Positions 38,682 to 48,144 of a stretch of 64,000 bases of DNA are shown here, in pieces. Location of the stretch: positions 4,476 through 68,475 of the forward strand of contig JALFIV010000100.1 in NCBI GenBank assembly GCA_022775385.1. Reading direction: 5' to 3'. Source of the DNA: Clostridiales bacterium (GTDB lineage: Bacteria; Bacillota; Clostridia; Oscillospirales; Butyricicoccaceae). Under the pieces are notes generated by a model, which was not told the DNA's origin, ran no database searches, and worked only from the letters and a program-made list of their open reading frames with translations. Position 1 is the stretch's first letter. Every line of letters starts with the position of its first letter. A program made the translations under genes and the position numbers.

Positions 38682-39905
38682 TCACGGATTTGGAGATTCC
38701 TTCTCGTCGACTGCCTCCAACGCCGCCTGCAGCTGGGTATCCTCTCCGTCCGAGAGCACATAATAGCGCTCGAGCTGTTCCTCCGTCAGGCTGCATTCGA
38801 CATCCGGCGTGACGCCCTTGCCGATTAAGCTGATCCCATCCGGTGTGTAATAGCAGCTGCTCGAAAGACCAACTGCACCGCCGTTGCTCAGCGGATAGAC
38901 AATCTGGGAATATCCCTTTCCGCAGGTCGCCTCGCCGACAATCTCCGCCTTGTCATACTCGCGCAGTGCCTCTGCAAAGAACTCCGCCGCACTGTACGAC
39001 TCGGTGTTAACGATAACCGCCATCGGAAGATCCACCTCGTCGGCGTCCGACTCGTAGACCTCCTCCTTTCCGTCCTTGGAATCCAGTGTGATAATCCTGC
39101 CCTCGGGCAGCAGATAGTCCAGACAGTTGACCAGCGAGCTGAGCGATCCGCCCGGATTGTTTCTCAGATCGAATACCAGCTTTTTGACACCCTGCTCCTG
39201 CAGTTTGTCCACCTCTTGGATAAACTGTTCATCAGTCTCGGAGGCAAAGCGGTCGATCTTTACATAGCCGGTGTCTCCGCCGATCACGCGCGATGTGACA
39301 TAGATCTGCGTGAACTCGCCGCGCGTCACCGTGATGTCGCGGGTCTCTCCGGTGTCATAATCCACGACCGTCAGCACAACATCTGTCCCGGGATCGCCGC
39401 GCACCGCGTCCACCGCCTTTTCATAGCCGCCCAGCTCGTCAACGGTTTTGCCGTCCACGCCGACGACGCGGTCGTACGAGCCGAATCCAGCCGCCTCCGC
39501 CGGGGAGCCCGCCGCCACAGTCTGCACCTCGAGCGCCTCCGAATCGTCCTCCTGCTTGACCATCGTGACGGTGATGCCGATGCCGACACGGGTATCCTTG
39601 TTGGACGTCTGATATTCCTCATACGCCTCTTCCGTCATGTAGTACGACCACCGGTCACCCAGACCGCTGACATAGCCGGTCAGGACATAGTCCTCCACCT
39701 CGTCCATGTCATATTCGCCGACAAATTTTTCGTCCACCAGCTGCTGGACTTCATTGAGCTGGCTGACAATCGGCCGGAGCTCCTCCGACGCCTGTGCACT
39801 GCCGCTGCTGAAATAGGACACCGCCAGTCCGGTGATCAGACTGCAGGTGACCGAGGCGAGCACGCCGACGCCGACCGCCCTGCGGCACGATACTTTCTTT
39901 TCCAT
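38682..39905 (-). CDS. S41 family carboxy-terminal processing peptidase with a PDZ domain
   Basis: Contains an N-terminal TM segment, a PDZ domain (GSPAEAAGFGSYDRVVGVDG), the catalytic region (NNPGGSLSS) and the lysine region (NTESYSAAEFFA). Confidence 0.9.
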   Translation of the reverse strand: MEKKVSCRRAVGVGVLASVTCSLITGLAVSYFSSGSAQASEELRPIVSQLNEVQQLVDEKFVGEYDMDEVEDYVLTGYVSGLGDRWSYYMTEEAYEEYQTSNKDTRVGIGITVTMVKQEDDSEALEVQTVAAGSPAEAAGFGSYDRVVGVDGKTVDELGGYEKAVDAVRGDPGTDVVLTVVDYDTGETRDITVTRGEFTQIYVTSRVIGGDTGYVKIDRFASETDEQFIQEVDKLQEQGVKKLVFDLRNNPGGSLSSLVNCLDYLLPEGRIITLDSKDGKEEVYESDADEVDLPMAVIVNTESYSAAEFFAEALREYDKAEIVGEATCGKGYSQIVYPLSNGGAVGLSSSCYYTPDGISLIGKGVTPDVECSLTEEQLERYYVLSDGEDTQLQAALEAVDEKESPNP

Positions 39906-39934
39906 TCGGATGCTTCCTTTCGTGTAAAACTGGG

Positions 39935-39980
39935 ATAAAAACACAATTGGGCGCGCTGCATCACTGCAGCACGCCCCAAT
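39935..39980 (-). terminator. Strong intrinsic terminator downstream of the cdaR-like gene and small ORF
   Basis: ~15-bp GC-rich stem ATTGGGGCGTGCTGCA/TGCAGCGCGCCCAAT, followed by TGTGTTTTTA on the minus strand. Confidence 0.7.
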
Positions 39981-40003
39981 CCTATTTTTCTGTCAGATTG
40001 TTG

Positions 40004-40099
40004 TCAGAGCACTACGGTGACGATGCTGAGCAGCATCAGCAGTGCCAGAACAAACGCAACGATGGATACGATGCGTCTTGCCCTCTCCGGGTTCATCAT
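40004..40099 (-). CDS. Candidate 31-aa single-TM micropeptide
   Basis: The product is MMNPERARRIVSIVAFVLALLMLLSIVTVVL. AAAGGAGAG lies 12 nt upstream. It sits between the cdaR-like stop codon and the terminator. The support is weak. Confidence 0.3.
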   Translation of the reverse strand: MMNPERARRIVSIVAFVLALLMLLSIVTVVL

Positions 40100-40129
40100 A
40101 AACTTTGCGCTCTCCTTTGGGGTCTGGTT

Positions 40130-41227
40130 TTACGACAGGATTCGTCCCTCGTCGCGGGATGCCAGATACTTGCGTACCATCAGGGCAACCTTAAAGACGA
40201 TGGCATGATCGAACTCACGCAGATCGAGACCGGTGAGCTTCTTGATCTTCTCCAGACGATAAACCAGCGTATTGCGGTGAACAAACAGCTTGCGTGAGGT
40301 CTCGGATACGTTCAGATTGTTCTCGAAGAACTTCTGAATCGTGAACAGCGTCTCCTGATCGAGTGCGTCGATGGATCCCTTGCGGAATACTTCCTCCAGG
40401 AACATCTCGCACATGGTGGTCGGGAGCTGATAGATCAGACGGGCGATACCGAGGTTCTCATAGGTGATGATATTGGTTTCGGTGTCAAAGACCGCACCGA
40501 CTTCCAGCGCAACCTGTGCCTCCTTGAAGGACTTTGCAATATCCTTGAGCTGGGTGGAGATCGAGCCGATGCCGATCTGAACCTTCATCTGGATCTCGTT
40601 GAGCAGCGTGTCCTCGATGTCCTTGGCCACCTTGACCATTTCCTTCATCTCGGTGTTCTTGCGGACTTCCTTGACCAGAACGATGTCGGTCTCATTGATA
40701 TGAATGACAAAATCCTTCTTCTTGTCCGGGAACAGATCCTGTACGATATCCAGTGCGGCGATGTCGGTGTTTTCGACCTGACGGATAAGCATAACCAGAC
40801 GCGGGACATCCCCCTCAAAGTGCAGCTCGCGGGACTTGATATAGATGTCACCCGGCAGTACATTATCCAGAATGATATTCTTGATAAAGGTCGCCTTGTC
40901 GTGCTTTTCATCGTAAAGCGTCTTGATATTGCTGATTGAGACCGTGACGATCGAACAGTAGTTGCGGGCATTCTCATCCTCGCCGTGGACAAAGACAGCG
41001 TACTCAAAACGGGTCGAACGATCCGATACCGGCCGATATGTATATCCGCCGAAGCGAATCATATCACCGACATAGGAAAGCTCTGCAGCTGCATCTTCGC
41101 GCATTTCACCAATGCGTTTGAGATCAGAACATGCCACAACCGTGCCGCTGGCGTCAATAATACCGACTGTACGGTCTATCGCGTCCTTCATCTGGAGAAT
41201 GATTGATTGGAATAATCTTGATGCCAT
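40130..41227 (-). CDS. PucR/CdaR family transcriptional regulator (sugar diacid regulator-like)
   Basis: Contains an N-terminal diacid-recognition-like domain and the C-terminal HTH segment NVSETSRKLFVHRNTLVYRLEKIKKLTGLDLR. Confidence 0.88.
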   Translation of the reverse strand: MASRLFQSIILQMKDAIDRTVGIIDASGTVVACSDLKRIGEMREDAAAELSYVGDMIRFGGYTYRPVSDRSTRFEYAVFVHGEDENARNYCSIVTVSISNIKTLYDEKHDKATFIKNIILDNVLPGDIYIKSRELHFEGDVPRLVMLIRQVENTDIAALDIVQDLFPDKKKDFVIHINETDIVLVKEVRKNTEMKEMVKVAKDIEDTLLNEIQMKVQIGIGSISTQLKDIAKSFKEAQVALEVGAVFDTETNIITYENLGIARLIYQLPTTMCEMFLEEVFRKGSIDALDQETLFTIQKFFENNLNVSETSRKLFVHRNTLVYRLEKIKKLTGLDLREFDHAIVFKVALMVRKYLASRDEGRILS

Positions 41228-41445
41228 CTTTCCTCACCCTTCTTTTCTATCCTCTTTAACCGCCGCGGACGTCATCAGGCAGCCGGACGCCGCCGCGTTA
41301 CAAAACAAACTATACAATTCTTCTGGCAAGTCTCTGTACACTTCTTTAAGTATAACACAAATCGACAAACTTTTGTACAAATTTTTTTGATCTTTTTTGT
41401 AGATTTTCCCCTAAATAACATTTCCGTCTCAATTGAGAACATTTT

Positions 41446-42150
41446 TCAGCAAAAACGAAGTATTTCCGACTCTGTCAGTGCTCTCCAATCACCCGGTTTC
41501 AAGCACGGATCGAGGGAAAGCTCCCCTTCGCGCTGCCGCATCAGGGTTTTGACCGGTGTTCCGCACGCCGCGAGCATACGCCGGACCTGATGGTACTGTC
41601 CTTCCTGCACCGTGACGCGAACCTGATTTTCCCCGAGTATCTCGAGTTTTGCCGGCAGGCACACCGTGCCGTCCCGCAGGGTCAGCCCTGCGGCAAACGC
41701 CTCAACCGCCTTCGGTCCGGGCGTTCCATCGGTCTGTGCGAGATAGACCTTGTCCACCCGGTGTTTGGGAGATGTCAGACGATGGGCAAAGTCTCCGTCA
41801 TCCGTCAGCAGCAGCAGGCCGGAGGTATCCTTGTCCAGCCGTCCGACAGGAAAGACGCCGCGCGCCCGGTACTCCGCCGGAAGCAGGTCAAGTACGGTTT
41901 TCTGATCCCGGTCCTTCGTCGCACTGAGCACCCCGAGCGGCTTGTTCATCATGAGATAGACATGCTCCGCCCATCCAACCCGCTCGCCGCGCACCGCAAG
42001 CACCTGTGTTTCCGGGTCGATTTTTTTGGAGGAATCCCGGCAGCAGACACCGTCCACCGTGACCGCGCCCTGCTTCGCCATCTGAGATGCCTCTCTGCGG
42101 GAAAACCGTCCGGTTGCGGACAAAATTTTATCAATTCGCTGTACTGCCAT
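41446..42150 (-). CDS. rsuA: RsuA/RluB-type rRNA pseudouridine synthase with an S4 domain
   Basis: Contains an S4 N-terminus (RIDKILSATGRFSRREA) and the catalytic motif GRLDKDTSGLLLLTDDG. Confidence 0.9.
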   Translation of the reverse strand: MAVQRIDKILSATGRFSRREASQMAKQGAVTVDGVCCRDSSKKIDPETQVLAVRGERVGWAEHVYLMMNKPLGVLSATKDRDQKTVLDLLPAEYRARGVFPVGRLDKDTSGLLLLTDDGDFAHRLTSPKHRVDKVYLAQTDGTPGPKAVEAFAAGLTLRDGTVCLPAKLEILGENQVRVTVQEGQYHQVRRMLAACGTPVKTLMRQREGELSLDPCLKPGDWRALTESEILRFC

Positions 42151-42272
42151 GGTCCGTCCTCTCCGGAAGAAGAAATCTAATTTATTATATCACTTTTGTG
42201 CTTTTTGCACAAGGACTTTTTGAGAAAACAGCGACAGATCGTGCTTGTTTCCACAAATCCGCCGCTGTCCCT

Positions 42273-42812
42273 TTAGTTTTCCGCCGATCCTGCACCATTT
42301 GCCGCCTCTGTGTCCATCAAACCGTATGCCGTTCCGCCCTCCGTCAGCGAGGTGATGTCCCCCGCAATCACCCGGTTTTTACGAATCAGCAGGTTTGCCT
42401 CCAGCTCGACGCCGTCCTGTACGTTCTGCACGGTATAGGTGGCGAGCTTGACACGCTTGCCGCGGTATTTCTCCAGATCAAACCCCTGACGCGCCTGCAT
42501 CTGCACATACCGCTGATACACCTCGTCAAAGTCGCTCGGAATCACGACCTCCTGCATCACACAGGAATCCGGGTCCACCGTCCATCCGCAGGCCGCAAGA
42601 TACGCTACGCGCTCCTCGTTGTTTGTGACCTTAGTGGATACCTCCGCTGTGCTGTCCGCAATCGCACCCATGGCGCTTCCCGCCGCCGTTCCCAGTGCTG
42701 ACACCTCTCCTGCCATCTGCGCCGCAACGTGAACTCCCAGCAGTACGGCCGCCAATGCCGCCGCACCGCACAGCAGTTTTCGTCCGGACAGTTTTGCCGT
42801 AACAATAAACAT
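42273..42812 (-). CDS. DUF4830 domain-containing membrane-anchored protein
   Basis: Contains an N-terminal TM segment. The segment ERVAYLAACGWTVD...QGFDLEKYRGKRVKLATY resembles my recollection of DUF4830. Confidence 0.75.
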   Translation of the reverse strand: MFIVTAKLSGRKLLCGAAALAAVLLGVHVAAQMAGEVSALGTAAGSAMGAIADSTAEVSTKVTNNEERVAYLAACGWTVDPDSCVMQEVVIPSDFDEVYQRYVQMQARQGFDLEKYRGKRVKLATYTVQNVQDGVELEANLLIRKNRVIAGDITSLTEGGTAYGLMDTEAANGAGSAEN

Positions 42813-42909
42813 GATCGCCGCTCCTCCGCCGTTTTGTTGTCTGGGAGGGCAGGTCCGCCCTCCGTTTGCTTTCAGCGTATGCGGCGGTGTCCGGATTCAT
42901 GCCGGTTTC

Positions 42910-43101
42910 TTATTCCTCTTCCGTGTGAATCACGCTGACCGGACAGCTTCCTGCGGCCTCGCGCGCTGCATCCTCCAGATAGCCGTCCGGCTGTGCAATC
43001 ATCTGCGCCAGCCCGTCTCCCTGAATCTGAAACAGCTCCGGGCACAGCGCCTCACATGTTCCGCAGCCGATACATCCGGCGCGGTCAATCCAAACTTTCA
43101 T
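42910..43101 (-). CDS. Small [4Fe-4S]/[3Fe-4S] single-cluster ferredoxin
   Basis: 63 aa with CIGCGTCEALCP...SCP cluster ligands. A GGAGGAC RBS is present. The start overlaps the upstream thioredoxin-like ORF by 17 nt. Confidence 0.85.
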   Translation of the reverse strand: MKVWIDRAGCIGCGTCEALCPELFQIQGDGLAQMIAQPDGYLEDAAREAAGSCPVSVIHTEEE

Positions 43102-43420
43102 ACAGTGGTCCTCCTAAAAAATTCAATACATCCTTCTCACTGCGCGAACCGGTGGACACGCGCTGCCGTCTGCCGTCCTCGAACAGCATGAGCGTCGGTG
43201 TCGATGCCACACGGTACAGCCCCGCAAGCTCCGGCTCGCGCTCCACATCGACTCTGCACAGCTTGACATCATCCACCATATCGGCGACCTCATCCAGCAC
43301 CGGCTCCAGATGCCGGCACGGTCCGCTCCAATGCGCCCAGAAATCCACCAGCACCGGTCGCTTCTCTTCGAGCACCTCGCGCTTGAAGCTGTCGCGCGTC
43401 ACATCGGTGATTTCACCCAT
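43085..43420 (-). CDS. Thioredoxin-fold protein with the atypical active site WSGPC
   Basis: Contains VLVDFWAHWSGPCRHLEPVLDEV in place of the canonical WCGPC motif. The remainder is collinear with thioredoxin. Confidence 0.85.
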   Translation of the reverse strand: MGEITDVTRDSFKREVLEEKRPVLVDFWAHWSGPCRHLEPVLDEVADMVDDVKLCRVDVEREPELAGLYRVASTPTLMLFEDGRRQRVSTGSRSEKDVLNFLGGPLYESLD

Positions 43421-43487
43421 CGGGAATCTCCCTCCTTTGCCCGGTCGTCACCTCCAGTATGCACCGTGTGCCGCATTTTATGCCGAA

Positions 43488-43522
43488 ATAAAAAAAAGAA
43501 CAGCATATCTCCATGCTGTTCT
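43488..43522 (-). terminator. Intrinsic terminator ending the six-gene envelope operon
   Basis: 10-bp stem AGAACAGCAT/ATGCTGTTCT, followed by TTTTTTTTATTT on the minus strand. Confidence 0.75.
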
Positions 43523-43539
43523 TCTCTGTTTCTTGTCCG

Positions 43540-44493
43540 TTATCCCCGTCCGAGCATGCGCTTCAGCCCGCGTTTCAGCCGTTCGGATGCCGAGGGACGG
43601 CAGTATTTGTCCGCCAGTTCCCGCACGGTAAGCGTCTGCGCATCGCGCCAGAACGCATCGTACTGCGGATGCAGGACCGCCGGCTGATGCGCCGACGGAT
43701 TGTACTGCACTGCCTGTGCCGCATCCACCGGATGGCTGACCAGCTGATGCTGAACCGACCGCCACAATTCCTCTCCGCGCGGTGTATCCACAAACACAAG
43801 TGAGGTTCCCGCGGGATGATACTGCTCGGGAGCGACCTTTTTCACGCCCCAGAAATCGCCCAGTGTCAGATCGGACGCGCGGTTCTCTCCTTTCGCCGCA
43901 CACACCGCACACGCCTTTCTCAGCGACGCATTGCGCAGGAAGGTCTGCATATACGGGTCATCCACCGCCCGTCTCCGTTCGACTGTCCCGTCCGCATACC
44001 GCAGTTCCACCTCGTATGACTGCCAGTCCATTCCGGGGATCTTGCGGCGGAAGTTGACACCGGTCACCGCCGCACCGTGGTCCTGCGCGCATTCCGCGCG
44101 GTACTTTTCCCAGAACTCCGCCGGCGGTGCGCCATGGCAGATAAAATCCACCAGAATCAACCGCCCGCTGTCTCCGCACGCGCGCCGCAGTGCCGCCGCC
44201 TGACAGGGCGAGACCACCGCGAGCACGGTCTGTCCATCCTTCACAAGGTCCGCGATTTCATCCATCACCGGCGCAATCGGGACAAACACGTATTTCGAGC
44301 CGCACAGTTCCGGAATCTCCGCCGTGCGGGAAATCCCGCGATAAGAGATCCGTCCGTTCTCGTCGCACGCGGCGCCGTACACCCGTCCGCCCTCGTTTAA
44401 GACATGGGCGGCGAGCAGAGAAAAGATGCCGCCGGACGACGAGCGGCGCACCGTCTCGGGATTTGTGTTGTGTGCCGCATATGCACTGCGCAT
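43540..44493 (-). CDS. Coenzyme F420 hydrogenase/dehydrogenase beta-subunit-like (FrhB/FdhB C-terminal family) protein
   Basis: Contains RSSSGGIFSLLAAHVL...GSKYV...VSPCQAAAL...DFICHGAPP, typical of the FrhB-like proteins found in polysaccharide loci. There is no N-terminal 2x[4Fe-4S] motif. Confidence 0.8.
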   Translation of the reverse strand: MRSAYAAHNTNPETVRRSSSGGIFSLLAAHVLNEGGRVYGAACDENGRISYRGISRTAEIPELCGSKYVFVPIAPVMDEIADLVKDGQTVLAVVSPCQAAALRRACGDSGRLILVDFICHGAPPAEFWEKYRAECAQDHGAAVTGVNFRRKIPGMDWQSYEVELRYADGTVERRRAVDDPYMQTFLRNASLRKACAVCAAKGENRASDLTLGDFWGVKKVAPEQYHPAGTSLVFVDTPRGEELWRSVQHQLVSHPVDAAQAVQYNPSAHQPAVLHPQYDAFWRDAQTLTVRELADKYCRPSASERLKRGLKRMLGRG

Positions 44494-44495
44494 GG

Positions 44496-46025
44496 TTATC
44501 TCCTCCGTTTGACAATCGCCTGCAGCGGACCGCGCACAAGCTGTTTTTCATAGTCATTCATGCTGAATTTCCACGACAGCGCAAAGAACAGCGCCGCATA
44601 GACAAGGATCTTTGCTCCCAGCAGCAGCCATCCGCCGTCCGGCAGCAGGACATTGCTCAGCTGTCCGAACACAATCATGACCAGCATGACCGGAATCAGC
44701 CGCAGAATTTCCCGCGCAAATCCGGGGATGTCCAGATGAATGACCCGGTAGTAATAGATGTTGATGATAATGATATTGCCGAGAATCATCGCGCCCGAGG
44801 TCGCAATCGCACATCCCAGACCGCCGAAATGCTGTGCCAGCGGAATGGATGCCGCGACGTTCAGTACCGCGATGAAGAAATACACAACCGAGCGGAATGC
44901 ATGCTTGTTCATCGCCTGCAGGATCATAATGCCGATATTCTGAATCAGCGGAATGATCAGCGGAACCATGACCAGCAGGCAGATGTAGTAGGCCTCGGTT
45001 TTCTGCGCATCCGTGTAGCCCGTGCCCGCCCAAAGCCACAGGAACCGCTTTCCGTAGCAGATAAAGCCGGACAGGATGAGCGACATGACGAGGAACTGAA
45101 TGCGTCCGACCTTCTTCATGATTGCATTGATCGGATCCAGATTGTCCGCCGTCGTCACGATGCGGGTGATCTGCGGCAGAAAGACCGAGTTCACCGTGCC
45201 GGAGAAATTGGTATACATCGTATTGATGCGCGAGGCAATGCCGTAAATGCCCGTCGCCGCCGTACCCGCCACCGCGCCCAGAATCAGGACGTCGGTCTTC
45301 CAGTACAGCTGATCGATCACGGTATTCAAAAAGATGAAGAACGCAAAGCCCATCATCTCGCGCACCAGTCCGCGTTCAAACGAATACAGATGAATCTTCA
45401 TGTGGACATGTCTGACGCAGTGATATGCATTCAGCGCGACAACCAGCACATGAAAGGCCGTCTGAATGATGCAGACCGCAAACGCAGTCGGGAAAAAGCG
45501 CAGGACGATCAGAAAGGTAATCGGCTGCATCGCCTGCGAGAACATGCTCACACCGCGCAGGAAAATAAACTGCTCCTGCGAGGTCAGCACGGCGACGAAC
45601 AGATTCGCCGGAATGGTCACCGCCATGTTGAAGATCAGGACGATAAAAATCCGCTTGCAGGCGATCAGCTCCGCCGGCGTCAGTCTGGCGGCATAGATCG
45701 GTCCGATCAGCTGGTATACGCACGCGCCAATCAGTACGCCGAGCAGTGCAATCGCCAGATAGATGATGGCGGAAATCGCCAGAATATTCTGTTTTGCTTT
45801 TTCATCCCGCCGCGCAATCGCCTGCGAATAATATCGCGTAATTGTGGACGACAGACCGAAGTCCATGACCGACATGTAGGCGATCAGCGAGCCCATCAGC
45901 TCGTACAGACCGTATTCGCTGGTTCCCATGAAATGGGTCATCAGCGGGACGGTGATCAATCCGACACCGATGTTCATCAGCATGGAGGCATAGGACAGCA
46001 CGACGCCCATTTTCCGCTGGTTCAT
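44496..46025 (-). CDS. Wzx-like oligosaccharide flippase (MOP superfamily)
   Basis: 509 aa with about 12-14 TM segments and an N-terminus typical of the polysaccharide biosynthesis protein family. Confidence 0.88.
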   Translation of the reverse strand: MNQRKMGVVLSYASMLMNIGVGLITVPLMTHFMGTSEYGLYELMGSLIAYMSVMDFGLSSTITRYYSQAIARRDEKAKQNILAISAIIYLAIALLGVLIGACVYQLIGPIYAARLTPAELIACKRIFIVLIFNMAVTIPANLFVAVLTSQEQFIFLRGVSMFSQAMQPITFLIVLRFFPTAFAVCIIQTAFHVLVVALNAYHCVRHVHMKIHLYSFERGLVREMMGFAFFIFLNTVIDQLYWKTDVLILGAVAGTAATGIYGIASRINTMYTNFSGTVNSVFLPQITRIVTTADNLDPINAIMKKVGRIQFLVMSLILSGFICYGKRFLWLWAGTGYTDAQKTEAYYICLLVMVPLIIPLIQNIGIMILQAMNKHAFRSVVYFFIAVLNVAASIPLAQHFGGLGCAIATSGAMILGNIIIINIYYYRVIHLDIPGFAREILRLIPVMLVMIVFGQLSNVLLPDGGWLLLGAKILVYAALFFALSWKFSMNDYEKQLVRGPLQAIVKRRR

Positions 46026-47242
46026 CGTGCCTTCTCCTCCGCCGCGGTGTCCTCCGGCTGAATCAGCCGCGCCGCGATCTGTCCCGCCTCCCGGGCGCGC
46101 GCGATGTAATCCGGCATAATCGTCTGAAGATGCGTGCGGATGTCCTCCTCCCGCTCCATCAGCCAGCGGAACGCCTGCGTAAGGTCGGATTCTCCGCGCA
46201 GAGACTGCACCGGCAGGACATAGTGCTCCTCCGTACCGAACAGATCGCGTGCGATGCCGCGCGCCTTGACCGAATAACCGACCACCAGCGTCGGCACACA
46301 GGAGGAGTACGCCGCAATCGTCGCATGCGTGCGCGCACCCACAAACAGACGCAGACGCGCAATGTATCCCTTGAGCACACGGCAGTCCGCATCTCCGATC
46401 AGCACCACCCGTCCGCTGTCCGCAAACTGCTCATACAGCCGGCGCAGCGGCCCGCGGTCGTCGTTGTAGCTCCACACAACGTGCGGAATGAGCGCGACCG
46501 AACAGTCGGTGTGCTCCAGAATCTCCCGCACGAGTGCGGTATAGTTTGCCATCGTCACGCCGGCGGCCTGCTCATTGCCGATAATCATCGGGCTGACGTT
46601 GATGCCGATCGTGTTCTCCGGCTGAAAATGTCCGGGAAGCGGACGGAATTTCGGCTCCAATGTAAAGGCCGGGTCGGGAATCAGATGCAGACGCTCGCCG
46701 GGAATGCCCGCGGCAATCATCGCATCATAGGAGATGCTCTCGCGCACGGTGACCGCGTCAAACAGCGAGAGATGACGCACAAACGCCTCGTCCAGATCGT
46801 CCGGTTCGATCGAACAGCCGAACAGCATGGTCTTACATCCCTGCCGCTTCATCATGCGGTCGGTCGGCCAGAACTGGATTCCCTTGTTATAGCAGTAGTT
46901 GTCGCCGCCGATCGCAATCACCAGATCGCAGTTCTTTGCGGCGTTCAGACACAGTTTTTCGGTCAGGAACCGATCCTCGACCGCACGCGAGTGCAGGAGG
47001 CGCCGGTTGAGCTGATACAGCACCCACTGCGGGCTATTCCGACGCAGAACCGGCTTGTTTTCGGTCAGTCTGACCTCGCGGTCGAGCGCGTAGCACCGGT
47101 CCTCCGCGACCGCATTGGAGCACAGCGTCACAAGGGTATCGGCGCCCATCGCCTCGCGGCAGAGCGACGCGGTCGTACGTACCAATGCCTCACAGCCGTG
47201 GTTTCCGCTGCCGCCATGCTGATATAACAGAATTTCGTTCAC
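46022..47242 (-). CDS. Polysaccharide pyruvyl transferase family protein
   Basis: Contains YQHGGSGNHGCEALVRT at the N-terminus, GGDNY, and the C-terminal region RLFVGARTHATIAAYSSCVPTLVVGYSVKARG, typical of WcaK/CsaB-type enzymes. Confidence 0.9.
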   Translation of the reverse strand: MNEILLYQHGGSGNHGCEALVRTTASLCREAMGADTLVTLCSNAVAEDRCYALDREVRLTENKPVLRRNSPQWVLYQLNRRLLHSRAVEDRFLTEKLCLNAAKNCDLVIAIGGDNYCYNKGIQFWPTDRMMKRQGCKTMLFGCSIEPDDLDEAFVRHLSLFDAVTVRESISYDAMIAAGIPGERLHLIPDPAFTLEPKFRPLPGHFQPENTIGINVSPMIIGNEQAAGVTMANYTALVREILEHTDCSVALIPHVVWSYNDDRGPLRRLYEQFADSGRVVLIGDADCRVLKGYIARLRLFVGARTHATIAAYSSCVPTLVVGYSVKARGIARDLFGTEEHYVLPVQSLRGESDLTQAFRWLMEREEDIRTHLQTIMPDYIARAREAGQIAARLIQPEDTAAEEKAR

Positions 47243-47244
47243 GA

Positions 47245-48132
47245 TTATGTCTCCTCATTTATCGGCTGGAAGCCCTCTCCATATACATTTTTGGTCTCTA
47301 AGACCACAAAGAATGCCTCCGGATCACACTCACGCACAATGCGCCGGAGTTTCGCATACTCACGCTGTCCGACGGCACACAGCAGAACCTCGCTGCGCGC
47401 TCCGCTGTACGCGCCGCGCGACTGCAGGAAGGTCGCACCGCGGTCCATCTCCCGCATGATGCGCCGGGCGATCTCCTCCCGTTTCTCCGAGAAAATCATC
47501 ACAGACCGTCCGCGCTTTCGTCCGTACAGGATCGCATCCATCACGCGGCCCTGCGCATACAGCGCAACAATGCCGTACAGACCGCTCTCCAGATTGCCGA
47601 ACACCGCAATCGACAGCGCGATAATCAGAATATCCACCGCCGTCAGAATGCCGCCGACCTGCAGATGCGGATTTTTCCGCTCCACCAGACAGGAGATGAT
47701 ATCCGTGCCGCCCGTCGTCGAGCCGCGCGCAAAAATAACGCCCAGACCGGCGCCCAGACAGACGCCGCTCGCAATCGCGCTGAGCAAACGGTCACCCGCA
47801 TACACAAATGCCAGCGGTGTGACCACCACATCCAGAATCACGCTGCTCAGCACAACCGTGCGCAGCGTCCGTATGGCAAACCGCTTGCCGAGATACTTCC
47901 ATGCGATGAGCAGCAGCGGGATGTTCATGATCAGGATCATGACGCCGACCGGCAGATCCCACAGATACTTAAACAGAATCGCAATGCCGGACAATCCGCC
48001 CGGTGCGATATCCGCCTGCTCGGCAAAGCTGTAAATGCCGATGCCCATCAGGACTGAACCCAGTACATCCGCACCCAGATCGAGCAGCAGCTCCCGATAC
48101 TTCTTCAAACCAATCAACCCCATACCATCCAA
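47245..48132 (-). CDS. YitT family membrane protein (with a DUF2179 C-terminal domain)
   Basis: Contains the YitT-type TM repeats GIGIYSFAEQADIAPGGLSGIAIL and a C-terminal soluble domain (EIARRIMREMDRGATFLQSRGAYSG). Confidence 0.88.
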   Translation of the reverse strand: MDGMGLIGLKKYRELLLDLGADVLGSVLMGIGIYSFAEQADIAPGGLSGIAILFKYLWDLPVGVMILIMNIPLLLIAWKYLGKRFAIRTLRTVVLSSVILDVVVTPLAFVYAGDRLLSAIASGVCLGAGLGVIFARGSTTGGTDIISCLVERKNPHLQVGGILTAVDILIIALSIAVFGNLESGLYGIVALYAQGRVMDAILYGRKRGRSVMIFSEKREEIARRIMREMDRGATFLQSRGAYSGARSEVLLCAVGQREYAKLRRIVRECDPEAFFVVLETKNVYGEGFQPINEET

Positions 48133-48144
48133 TTCGTCGTCCGC

